Below the pieces are notes generated by a model. It ran no database searches and had not been told where the DNA came from. It saw only the letters and a list, made by a program, of their open reading frames with translations. This document shows, piece after piece, positions 8,872 through 18,037 of a stretch of DNA of 64,000 nucleotides. The DNA is taken from NCBI GenBank assembly GCA_001873105.1, contig MNYN01000011.1:11716-75715 (forward strand). Reading direction: 5' to 3'. Position numbers and translations under genes: made by a program. The DNA is from Flavobacteriaceae bacterium CG2_30_34_30 (GTDB lineage: Bacteria; Bacteroidota; Bacteroidia; Flavobacteriales; Flavobacteriaceae). How positions within the stretch are numbered: position 1 is the first letter of the stretch; each line of letters opens with the position of its first letter.

Positions 8872-8979
8872 ATGACCACATTTCTAGTTATCATTGGGGC
8901 ACTTATAGCATGTAATTTTTTGCTTTTGCATTTTAGCTGTAATGATGCTTCTGAAACACATACCCCAGACGAAGAATAA
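8872..8979 (+). CDS. Small single-TM protein, 35 aa; not in the ORF track
   Basis: MTTFLVIIGALIACNFLLLHFSCNDASETHTPDEE: hydrophobic N-terminal helix, FSC motif, acidic tail, A-rich leader. Confidence 0.55.
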   Translation: MTTFLVIIGALIACNFLLLHFSCNDASETHTPDEE

Positions 8980-9025
8980 AAACAATAAAGCACCTTTTTA
9001 TTTTTCATTACCTTGTTTTCCTCCA

Positions 9026-9691
9026 TTACCAATTAATTTGCTCCCCCCCTCTTTCTTTTAAGTACTTATTTGTTGTACTAAAATGTTTGTTGCCAAACCA
9101 ATAGCCTCTATTAGCACACAACGGCGATGGATGCCCCGAGGTAAGAACAAGATGTTTTGTCTGATCAATAAGTTGTATCTTTTTTTTAGCAAACTCTCCC
9201 CAAAGTAAAAAAACTACCCCATTTTTGTTTTCAGAAACTGTATTAATAACCCTATCCGTAAAAACCTCCCAGCCCTTTTTTTGATGTGAAGCCGGCTGAT
9301 GTGCTCTAACTGTTAAAGTAGTATTTAAAAGTAAAACACCTTGTTTTGCCCATGGTTCTAAATTACCACTATGTGGAATTTCAACGTGAAGATCGTTCTT
9401 AATTTCTAAAAAAATATTTTTAAGAGACGGAGGTTTTGGAATAGTATCGTGAACAGAAAAACACAAACCATTTGCTTGACCTAATCCGTGATAAGGGTCT
9501 TGGCCTATAATAACCACTTTTACTTTAGAGAAAGGCGTTTGGGTAAAAGCAGAAAACACCTCTTCCAGTGGTGGAAAACACAAATGATTTCTATATTCTT
9601 CCTCTAAAAACATTGACAACGATTTAAAATAATTTTTTTCAAACTCCGCTGAAAGTTTCTCCCGCCAACTTTCTTCTATTTTTTCGTGCAT
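9026..9691 (-). CDS. ung: Uracil-DNA glycosylase (family 1)
   Basis: GQDPYH, PPSLKNIF, GVLLLN, HPSPL. Confidence 0.97.
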   Translation of the reverse strand: MHEKIEESWREKLSAEFEKNYFKSLSMFLEEEYRNHLCFPPLEEVFSAFTQTPFSKVKVVIIGQDPYHGLGQANGLCFSVHDTIPKPPSLKNIFLEIKNDLHVEIPHSGNLEPWAKQGVLLLNTTLTVRAHQPASHQKKGWEVFTDRVINTVSENKNGVVFLLWGEFAKKKIQLIDQTKHLVLTSGHPSPLCANRGYWFGNKHFSTTNKYLKERGGEQINW

Positions 9692-9731
9692 ATTGCGTAC
9701 TTTTACGGTAAAAATAAGCAGAATATCTTAA

Positions 9732-11906
9732 ATGATTAAAATCACACCAAAGTCTCTTCAAGATTTAGAATTTAACACCGTAAGAAAACATCTTGCCACT
9801 TTATGTGTAACCGAAACTGCAAGTGAAAGAGCACTGGAAATAATACCATTTTCTACTTTTGAAGAAGCTAAAATTGCTTTGCTCGAAGTTCAAGAATATC
9901 AAGCTTCTTTAAATGGTGATAACCGAATTCCCAACCATGGTTTTGATGCTATTTTTAGAGAATTAAAGTTATTTCAAGTGGAAAATAGCATGCTAGAAAT
10001 ATCTTCTTTTCGAAAAATTTTAGGGGTAACTGAAACCACGTATGCCATCTTAAATTTCTTTACAAAATTTAAAGAGTTTTATGTTTCACTTTATGCAAAA
10101 TCATTGGAAGTGCCTTTCACCAATGCTATAGGAAATGAAATAAAAAGTATTATTGATAAATATGGCGAAATTAAAGACAATGCTACCCCTGGATTAGCAA
10201 ACATAAGAAGAGCTATGCATGGGATGAAGGGAAAAATAAACGCCTCTTTTATGTCAGCTCTATCGCAATACAACGGGCTAGATTATTTGGATGAAATACG
10301 AGAATCCTTTATAGACAACCGAAGAGTGCTTGCTGTTAAAGCCATGTATCGTAAAAAAGTGAAAGGTGCCTTAATGGGAACCTCAAAAACCGGAAGTATC
10401 GTTTTTATTGAACCCGAAGCCACCCTAAACTATACGCGCGAACTCAATAACCTGCTTTTTGAAGAAAATGAGGAAATTGTAAAAATACTCAAGGAGTTAA
10501 CTAACTTTATGCGACCCTATAAAGAAGAATTAACTACCTATCAGGAATTTCTTATTGCCATAGATATTATAGCAGCAAAAGCCAAATTTGCAAATCAATT
10601 AAACGCAGTTTTACCCATACTTACAAAAAACAGAACTTTACATATAATAGATGCATACCACCCAATTTTGTATCTAAGCAATCTAAAAAATAAAGAGAAA
10701 ACCTATCCGCAAACCATTGCGTTGATTCCTGAAAAACGTATTATCGTTATTTCAGGACCAAATGCAGGAGGAAAAAGTATCACACTAAAAACAGTGGGCT
10801 TGCTTCAGTTAATGATACAAAGTGGAATGCTTATACCGGTAAAACCACAAAGTGAGGTTTGTTTTTTTGATAGAATATTGACCGATATTGGTGATAACCA
10901 ATCTATAGAAAACCATTTAAGCACCTACAGTTATCGCTTAAAAATGATGAATTATTTTCTCAAAAAGTGCAATAAGAAAACCCTCTTTTTAATTGACGAA
11001 TTTGGCACAGGAAGCGACCCGGAACTTGGAGGTGCTTTAGCGGAAACCTTTTTAGAAGTATTTTATGAACGAGAAGCCTTTGGTATTATAACGACACATT
11101 ACACCAATTTAAAAATGCTTGCCAATGAGCTACCTCATGCTATTAATGCCAATATGATGTTTAATCAAAACACCCTAGAGCCGTTGTATAAATTGCATTT
11201 AGGTGAAGCCGGAAGCTCGTTCACGTTTGAAGTAGCACAAAAAAACGGCATACCCTATCGTTTGATTAACCGATCAAAAAAGAAAATTGAACGCAGCAAA
11301 TTGCGTTTTGATAAAAGTATTTCCGACCTACAAAAAGAACGCTCTAAACTTCAAAAAACATCCGAAACTTTAAAAACCGAAGAACAAAAAGCTAAAGCAG
11401 AAAGCAAACTATTAGAAGAAATTAACTTAAAAATTCAGCATAAACTAGAAAGTTATCAAGAGTTATACGACAGCAACCAGCGTTTGATTCATTTAGGGAA
11501 AAAAATAGACGTATTAGCAGAATCGTATTTTAATAACAAACGAAAAAAACTGTTATTAGATGAGTTTTTGAAAATAGTGACTATTGAAAATTCAAAAAAA
11601 ACAATACAACCGTTAAAGGAAAAAAAAGCAATAAAAGCCAAAAAGATTAGCATAGAAAAAGAGGTAGAACAAAAAGTATCTGTGATACGTGAAAAGAAAA
11701 GGGAAGGAAAAGAAACACAAAAAAATGAAGCCGAAAACAAGCCTAAAGTACAATTAAAAATTGGTGACAAAGTGAGGATGATTGATGGTAAAGCTACCGG
11801 CACAATTGACTCTTTAGAAAAAGACAAAGCCATTGTTAATTATGGTATTTTTACAACAAATGTTAAAGTAGATGCCTTAGAATTTTTAGAGAGAAAGAAA
11901 AAATAG
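9732..11906 (+). CDS. mutS2: MutS2-family ATPase without a C-terminal Smr domain
   Basis: Walker A SGPNAGGKS, DIGDNQSI, STYS, LIDEFGTGSDP, TTHY, coiled coil, and terminal KOW/SH3-like LKIGDKV segment. Confidence 0.9.
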   Translation: MIKITPKSLQDLEFNTVRKHLATLCVTETASERALEIIPFSTFEEAKIALLEVQEYQASLNGDNRIPNHGFDAIFRELKLFQVENSMLEISSFRKILGVTETTYAILNFFTKFKEFYVSLYAKSLEVPFTNAIGNEIKSIIDKYGEIKDNATPGLANIRRAMHGMKGKINASFMSALSQYNGLDYLDEIRESFIDNRRVLAVKAMYRKKVKGALMGTSKTGSIVFIEPEATLNYTRELNNLLFEENEEIVKILKELTNFMRPYKEELTTYQEFLIAIDIIAAKAKFANQLNAVLPILTKNRTLHIIDAYHPILYLSNLKNKEKTYPQTIALIPEKRIIVISGPNAGGKSITLKTVGLLQLMIQSGMLIPVKPQSEVCFFDRILTDIGDNQSIENHLSTYSYRLKMMNYFLKKCNKKTLFLIDEFGTGSDPELGGALAETFLEVFYEREAFGIITTHYTNLKMLANELPHAINANMMFNQNTLEPLYKLHLGEAGSSFTFEVAQKNGIPYRLINRSKKKIERSKLRFDKSISDLQKERSKLQKTSETLKTEEQKAKAESKLLEEINLKIQHKLESYQELYDSNQRLIHLGKKIDVLAESYFNNKRKKLLLDEFLKIVTIENSKKTIQPLKEKKAIKAKKISIEKEVEQKVSVIREKKREGKETQKNEAENKPKVQLKIGDKVRMIDGKATGTIDSLEKDKAIVNYGIFTTNVKVDALEFLERKKK

Positions 11907-11910
11907 CAGT

Positions 11911-12315
11911 ATGACAGGTACAAAAAAAATAGTTTTATTTGATGGAGTATGCAATTTATGCAACTACTCCGTTACTTTAATTATTAAAAAAGATAAAAAG
12001 GATATTTTTAGGTTTGCTGCTTTGCAATCTGAAATTGGGAGACACTTGATACAAAAATACCACATTGACACTTCAAAACTAGATTCCATATTATTAATTG
12101 AAGGAAAATACTACACCTACAAATCAACAGCTGCTTTGCGCATAGCAAAATATTTAAAAGGTTGGTATTCCTTGTTTTATGTTTTTATAATCGTCCCTCC
12201 TATTGTGCGTAATTTTTTTTATGACATTATTGCAAAAAACCGTTACAAATGGTTTGGAAAAAAAGAAAGTTGCATGATTCCAACACCTGAATTAAAAGCA
12301 AAGTTTTTGGAGTAA
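11911..12315 (+). CDS. DCC1-like thiol-disulfide oxidoreductase (YuxK/DUF393)
   Basis: LFDGVCNLC motif and NRYKWFGK. Confidence 0.9.
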   Translation: MTGTKKIVLFDGVCNLCNYSVTLIIKKDKKDIFRFAALQSEIGRHLIQKYHIDTSKLDSILLIEGKYYTYKSTAALRIAKYLKGWYSLFYVFIIVPPIVRNFFYDIIAKNRYKWFGKKESCMIPTPELKAKFLE

Positions 12316-12327
12316 TCCAAAATAAGT

Positions 12328-13191
12328 TTATTTTATATTTCCTCGGAGGATTAAATCATTTCCTGAAGCAGAATTTTCAATATACCATGTTCCTGTAGAA
12401 CCGGTTGCACCCCAAATTACAATTCTAAAAGTTACTGTTGTAGCTGATGTTAAGTTTTGTAAAGCACTAATGCCACTTAAATCAATCGCAGCGTGAGGAT
12501 TTCCGGGAGAACCTAAAATATCACCCCAACTTATTTCACTGCCAATATCAAAAAAATCTACTCCATTATTACTATACTGCCAAATTCCAAGAATGGGTCC
12601 CGTAGCAGAACGGCGAATATAGTATGGTTCAATGGCAGTAAGAGAAATGTTTAAACCAAAAGAAGGCGTTATTGTAAAGGTGGCAAATTTATTAGCGGTA
12701 ATGGCTTCCGATTGGCTAGCTATGTTAAAACCACTTCCTCCCCAAGCATTATTTCCGGAAGCATTATTCATTCCTGCGCCCCGAGTTAAACCTCCCGCGG
12801 TTATTGATGGATGTATAAATGTTGCTTCAAAGGGACTAGGACCTGAGTTTGTTAATGGAGCAACATCCCAACCAACTAATTGAGCAGAAAGTGATATATT
12901 TAGCGGATAAATAGTTTGCCAGACTCCTTCCACACCATCATATATTTGCAGAAATCTGCTAGTACCATCCATAACATAAACCAAAAGGCCATCATCACTA
13001 GAGGTTACCGGAATTAAATCACGTTGTGAAATAGTAACTCTCGGTGGCATCACCCCCCCATAACTACTCCCATTATTAGAACTGCTGATGTCTAAAACCG
13101 ATGCAGGACTCGGTGTTGTGGTATTTATTCCAACTTGAGAAAAAGTAGGCTTGAATAAAAGAAAAACGGATACAATAATTAAAACTTTCAT
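12328..13191 (-). CDS. Secreted hypothetical protein with a QVGINTTTP-type N-terminal module
   Basis: Signal peptide, then QVGINTTTPSPASVLDI...PPRVT...GLLVYV, and a Gly/Ser/Thr-rich beta-sandwich-like C-terminus. Confidence 0.7.
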   Translation of the reverse strand: MKVLIIVSVFLLFKPTFSQVGINTTTPSPASVLDISSSNNGSSYGGVMPPRVTISQRDLIPVTSSDDGLLVYVMDGTSRFLQIYDGVEGVWQTIYPLNISLSAQLVGWDVAPLTNSGPSPFEATFIHPSITAGGLTRGAGMNNASGNNAWGGSGFNIASQSEAITANKFATFTITPSFGLNISLTAIEPYYIRRSATGPILGIWQYSNNGVDFFDIGSEISWGDILGSPGNPHAAIDLSGISALQNLTSATTVTFRIVIWGATGSTGTWYIENSASGNDLILRGNIK

Positions 13192-13379
13192 TTATGATAA
13201 ATTTAAAATTATGCATAAAGAAGGAGTAAAATTGGGTGGTGCAATATAATTTTTTTTTTTGGCATATTGTTTACAAATAATTTACTGAATAAAAAAAAAT
13301 TTTAAAAAAAAAGTACTTAGTTTAAAATAGTTTGTAAATTTAGCCAATTAAATATTAATTAAACTTAAACTTAAAAAAA

Positions 13380-16298
13380 ATGAAATTAAATTTTTACTTT
13401 TTAGCAGTTTCTTTGCTAATGGCATTTGGCATTACTGCTCAAGAAAACAATCCATTGGGTCCAAATTATGTAGGAACCATAACGATGCAACATGTACCTT
13501 CTATTGCTTCTCAAACGGAATTACAACCATCAAGAGAAAAAATTATAGGAGATGTAGAAGACGGAAGATCCTATGGTAACAAAGTTATTATAGGAAAAGA
13601 TCCACAAGTAGAAGACGACTATTTTGTAAGAAATGCTAACAAACTAGCCCAAACCATAAAAGGAAAAGCGCCATTACTAGTTTTTGATGGTTATGCTTCT
13701 GGTTCACAACCAACGGATCCTGATATGGCTGTAGGTCCAAACCACGTGATGGTTACTTTCAATACCGGTTTTAAAATTTATGACAAAAATGGAGTTGCTT
13801 TAACCGGTCAAATTTCACCTAACCCAACCATTTTCCCAAATGGTGGGTGTTGTGACCAAACGGTTTCTTATGACAGTGCTGCTGATAGATGGGTAGTAAC
13901 TTTTTTAGGAAGTGGAGCACAAATAGCAGTTTCTGATGGACCAGACCCTATTAATGATGGATGGTTTAACTATAATATTCCTCAAATCAATGATTATCAA
14001 AAATTGTCTGTTTGGAGTGATGGTTACTATATGACAGACAACACCAACTCTACCAATAGAGTGTGGGCTTTAGAAAGAGATAAAATGTTATTAGGTCAAA
14101 CTGCTCAAATATTAGGATTTAATTTACCGGGTATTGTTACTAGTGGTTTTTATAGCCCACAAGCTTTAAATGTAACAAACAGCAATATGCCTGCAGCAGG
14201 TGGCGCAACGTTTATTTATCTACAAGATGATGCTTGGGGTGGCGTAGCAAATGACCATCTTAAATTATGGAATTTAAATGTAAATTGGGTTACTCCAGGA
14301 AGTTCTGTAATGTCAGCTGCCACCCAATTACCTACAACTCCTTTTATCTCTGTTTTTGATGGAGGAAGTTTTTCAAATTTAACACAACCTGGAGGTGGTG
14401 TTGCCATTGATGCACTTCAAGCTACCATAATGAATCAAGCACAGTTCAGAAAATTTGGAACACACAACTCTGCCGTTTTTAATTTTGTTGTGGATACAGA
14501 TGCATCAGCAGGGGAATTAGCCGGAATACGTTGGTTTGAATTACGCCAAACTGCAGATGGACAACCTTGGACTATTTTTCAAGAGGGAACTTATACTGCA
14601 CAAGATGGCAAACACGCTTGGCACGGAAGTTTAATGATGGATGCCTCCGGTAATATTGGAATGGGATATACCTCTATGGCAGGACCAACCACACCAAACC
14701 CTACAAATTTTAGAGTTAGTTCTTATTATACTGGTCGTTTTGCGGGAGATCCTTTAAATACAATGACTATAGCTGAAGAATTAATTAACGCAGGTAATGC
14801 AAACATGCCTGGTCTTAGATATGGTGATTATGACAAAATTGACATTGACCCTTCTGATGATAAAACCTTTTGGTTTATCAATGAATATATGAATAGTGGT
14901 CGTAAGGGCGTTGTTGGTGTTTTTAAAATAGCACCCGATTTTAATAATGATATGGGTGTAATTAGTATTGATCAACCCAACGATGGTATTCTTACCGCTG
15001 CTGAACAAGTGGTTGTAACCGTATTCAATTATGGTTTAGACACACAAACTAATATTCCTATTAGTTTGGTTGTTGATGGTGTAACAATAGCCAATGAAAT
15101 AGTTCCTGGACCTATAACTTCTGCTTCTTCTGTTTCGTATACTTTTGCTGCTACAGTTAATATGTCTACTCAAGGACAAACCTATGAAATTGTTGCAGCA
15201 ACAAACTTAGCAGGTGATGAAGACAATACAAATAATAGTGTTACTAAGAATGTTACCCACATATTTTCTAATGATTTAGGAGTTACCTCTATTTCAAGTC
15301 CTGTTAGTGGAGAAGGTTTAGGTAATGAAACTGTGACTGTAGTTATTGAAAATTTCGGAACTTCCCCTGCTTCTAACTTTAACGTTTCTTATTCTATTGA
15401 TGGAGGAACTCCTGTAGTAGAAAATGTTGCAGGTCCTGTTACTCCTGGAAATACGATCAACTATTCCTTTACTGCTTTAGCAGATTTATCTGCTCCCGGA
15501 ACCTATCAATTTTCTGCAAGTACACTTCTAGCAGGTGATTCAGATGCAACCAACGATACCGCTACTAAAACCGTAGTGAATTTGTCTTGTACTTCTGAAA
15601 CTGTAGCTCCCAACTTGCCTATCGGTCCGGGTGCCGGGGTGGTTACCAATTCTATAATTAATTTTACAGAAGATTTTATTGTAAACGATGTAAATGTAAC
15701 AATTAACGCCACGCATACTTGGGTTGGTGATATTGATATTAAATTAATAGCACCTGATAACAGTCAAGTGATACTTTTTGATAGAAGTGGTGGTAGTGGT
15801 GATAATTTAACCAATACGACTTTTGATGACGAAGCTACCACCCCAATAGCAAGTGGTACCCCTCCTTATACTGGCGTCTTTCAACCAGAAGGCAACTTAT
15901 CTGATTTTGATGGGTTGAGCTCTGCCGGAAACTGGACACTTCGTATAACTGACAATGCAGGTGGAGATGGTGGAACTTTATTAAATTGGACCCTACAAAT
16001 TTGTGGCGACCCAACCCTTAATATAGGTGAAAACTTTGCTGACAATAGCGAGTTGATGATTTTAGACAAAGGAAATAAAATGTTCAAAATTTTATTGCCA
16101 ACTACCTCCATGCAAGATAAACTTACCTTTACCGTGCATAATATGTTAGGTCAAAAATTACTCAATAAAGTGTTAGAGAATGAAAATGGCACAGGATATG
16201 AATATGATTTAGATATGTCCTATGCTTCAGCCGGTGTTTACCTTGTTAGAATTGGTAATAGAAAAAATGGAAGTGTAAAAAGAATTGTTGTAAAATAA
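13380..16298 (+). CDS. T9SS-secreted multidomain protein: uncharacterised N-domain, two CARDB-like Ig repeats, proprotein-convertase P domain, type A CTD
   Basis: Signal peptide; repeats start NDMGVISI and NDLGVTSI; P-domain THTWVGDIDIKL...GNWTLRITD; CTD NMLGQ...AGVYLVRI...VKRIVVK. Confidence 0.85.
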   Translation: MKLNFYFLAVSLLMAFGITAQENNPLGPNYVGTITMQHVPSIASQTELQPSREKIIGDVEDGRSYGNKVIIGKDPQVEDDYFVRNANKLAQTIKGKAPLLVFDGYASGSQPTDPDMAVGPNHVMVTFNTGFKIYDKNGVALTGQISPNPTIFPNGGCCDQTVSYDSAADRWVVTFLGSGAQIAVSDGPDPINDGWFNYNIPQINDYQKLSVWSDGYYMTDNTNSTNRVWALERDKMLLGQTAQILGFNLPGIVTSGFYSPQALNVTNSNMPAAGGATFIYLQDDAWGGVANDHLKLWNLNVNWVTPGSSVMSAATQLPTTPFISVFDGGSFSNLTQPGGGVAIDALQATIMNQAQFRKFGTHNSAVFNFVVDTDASAGELAGIRWFELRQTADGQPWTIFQEGTYTAQDGKHAWHGSLMMDASGNIGMGYTSMAGPTTPNPTNFRVSSYYTGRFAGDPLNTMTIAEELINAGNANMPGLRYGDYDKIDIDPSDDKTFWFINEYMNSGRKGVVGVFKIAPDFNNDMGVISIDQPNDGILTAAEQVVVTVFNYGLDTQTNIPISLVVDGVTIANEIVPGPITSASSVSYTFAATVNMSTQGQTYEIVAATNLAGDEDNTNNSVTKNVTHIFSNDLGVTSISSPVSGEGLGNETVTVVIENFGTSPASNFNVSYSIDGGTPVVENVAGPVTPGNTINYSFTALADLSAPGTYQFSASTLLAGDSDATNDTATKTVVNLSCTSETVAPNLPIGPGAGVVTNSIINFTEDFIVNDVNVTINATHTWVGDIDIKLIAPDNSQVILFDRSGGSGDNLTNTTFDDEATTPIASGTPPYTGVFQPEGNLSDFDGLSSAGNWTLRITDNAGGDGGTLLNWTLQICGDPTLNIGENFADNSELMILDKGNKMFKILLPTTSMQDKLTFTVHNMLGQKLLNKVLENENGTGYEYDLDMSYASAGVYLVRIGNRKNGSVKRIVVK

Positions 16299-16321
16299 TT
16301 TATTTTAAACTTAATAATTTT

Positions 16322-16352
16322 AAAGGCTGTCTTTTTAAGGCAGCCTTTTTTT
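16322..16352 (+). terminator. Intrinsic terminator of the T9SS gene
   Basis: AAAGGCTG...CAGCCTTT stem followed by a T-run. Confidence 0.85.
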
Positions 16353-16370
16353 GTTTTAAGGAAAGTATAA

Positions 16371-16428
16371 AGAGTAAAGAGTAGAGAAAAGTGAGAAAAA
16401 AGTATTGAGTATTGAGTGCAAAGTATTA
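16371..16428. repeat. 7-bp-period degenerate repeats
   Basis: AGAGTAA AGAGTAG at 16371-16384 and AGTATTG AGTATTG AGTGCAA AGTATTA at 16401-16428. Confidence 0.65.
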
Positions 16429-16537
16429 AGATGTCGATGCCTAAATAACGTTGACCGAATTGGAGACACTATCCCGCAAACTTTTTAAATAGAAACAATC
16501 CTAATTTCAAATTTTGAAATAAACCATAAACAGGTTT

Positions 16538-17986
16538 TTATTTAGAATCTACTCCAAAAGTTTTTGATGGGTTTTTCTCTTCCGGATATTGTAACATCCC
16601 TTCCCCTTCTGCAATAATAGTAGATACTGTTGCATCTCCAGTAACATTTACCACGGTTCTAAACATATCTAAAATGCGATCTACAGGAAAAATAATTGCT
16701 ATCCAAGCCGGATTTAAACCTACAGAATCCAAAACAATAATCAACATCACTAAACCAGCACTTGGGACTGCAGCCGAACCAATAGAGGCTAAAGTGGCTG
16801 TTGCAACAACAATCATTTGCTGACCTAATGTTAGATCAATCATGTGCATTTGGGCTAAAAAAACAACTGCAATAGCTTGATACATACTGGTACCATCCAT
16901 ATTTACTGTTGCCCCAATAGGAAGAACAAAACCAGCAATTTTTTTATCTACACCTAAATTATTTTCAACACATTCCATGGTTACGGGCAATGTGGCGGCA
17001 CTACTTGATGTAGAGAATGCTAGTGTTTGAGCAGGGCTCATTGCTTTAAAAAAACCTTTGTAAGGAATTTTTTTTACAAATATTTTTAAAATTAAAGGAT
17101 AGATAATAAAAATCATTAGCAATAATCCGAACAATACGGTTAAAGAATACCAGCTCAACCCTTTAAAAATTTCCATAACTTTGCCAATATCATCTCCTGC
17201 CATTTTACTTACTACACCTGCTAAAAGTGCAAAAACAAAGAAGGGAGCAGCTTGCATCACTAAATCTACCATTTTCAAAAAAACCTCCATAATGCTATCC
17301 ACAAGTTTTAAAACCGGTTTTGCCTTATTATTTGGAATAAACAACAAACAAACACCAAAAAATATAGCAAAAAAGATGATTTGCAACATCAGACCGTTAT
17401 TAGATAACGAATAGAAAAAATTATCGGGAACGATGTCAACAAGAGGTTGTAAAGGGGTTACTTCCTTTCTTTTTTTTGCTACTTCCAGTCTATCGGAAAG
17501 GGAAACTTCTTTGAGCTCTGTTTTTGTTAAATCAGATATTTTTTGTGCGCGTTCCATAAACATGGGATCTTGCAGATAGTTTATGCCATCTTTCAACTCA
17601 TATCCTTGTGAGGATGCCCATATTTCATAACTAATTCTATTATCAATCCGGCTTTGTTCCTCTATAAGTTTTCCAGGTTTAAATGTGTTGACTAAAACCA
17701 AACCCAAAGAAATAGCTGCTACTGTCGTAATTAAATAAATTAAAAGAGTCTTCCCTCCCATTCTTCCTAAACTTGCAGGATCGCCAATATTTGCTACACC
17801 ACTAATAATGGAAAATAAAACCAACGGCACCGCAATCAATTTTAAAAGATTGATAAATATGGTTCCAAAAGGGTCAATCCAATTGATGGTAAAAGCACTC
17901 CAACCCATAGTACTCGATAAAAGAGCCCAAAGGATTCCTAAAACCATTCCAATAATTATTTTCCAATGCAGTGCTAGTTTTTTCAT
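16538..17986 (-). CDS. Dicarboxylate/amino acid:cation symporter (DAACS, GltP-like)
   Basis: AFSTSSSAATLP, GATVNMDGT, DRILDMFRTVVNVTGD. Confidence 0.95.
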   Translation of the reverse strand: MKKLALHWKIIIGMVLGILWALLSSTMGWSAFTINWIDPFGTIFINLLKLIAVPLVLFSIISGVANIGDPASLGRMGGKTLLIYLITTVAAISLGLVLVNTFKPGKLIEEQSRIDNRISYEIWASSQGYELKDGINYLQDPMFMERAQKISDLTKTELKEVSLSDRLEVAKKRKEVTPLQPLVDIVPDNFFYSLSNNGLMLQIIFFAIFFGVCLLFIPNNKAKPVLKLVDSIMEVFLKMVDLVMQAAPFFVFALLAGVVSKMAGDDIGKVMEIFKGLSWYSLTVLFGLLLMIFIIYPLILKIFVKKIPYKGFFKAMSPAQTLAFSTSSSAATLPVTMECVENNLGVDKKIAGFVLPIGATVNMDGTSMYQAIAVVFLAQMHMIDLTLGQQMIVVATATLASIGSAAVPSAGLVMLIIVLDSVGLNPAWIAIIFPVDRILDMFRTVVNVTGDATVSTIIAEGEGMLQYPEEKNPSKTFGVDSK

Positions 17987-18037
17987 TTATATTTTTTTAA
18001 AGTAAGCGATCCAAAAATAATTAGATAATTCATTTTT

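Noticed and set aside
13250-13312. T11 and A9 homopolymer tracts as phase-variation switches in the divergent promoter region
   Set aside because: Such tracts are common in this AT-rich DNA, and I could not place them between well-spaced -33/-7 boxes.
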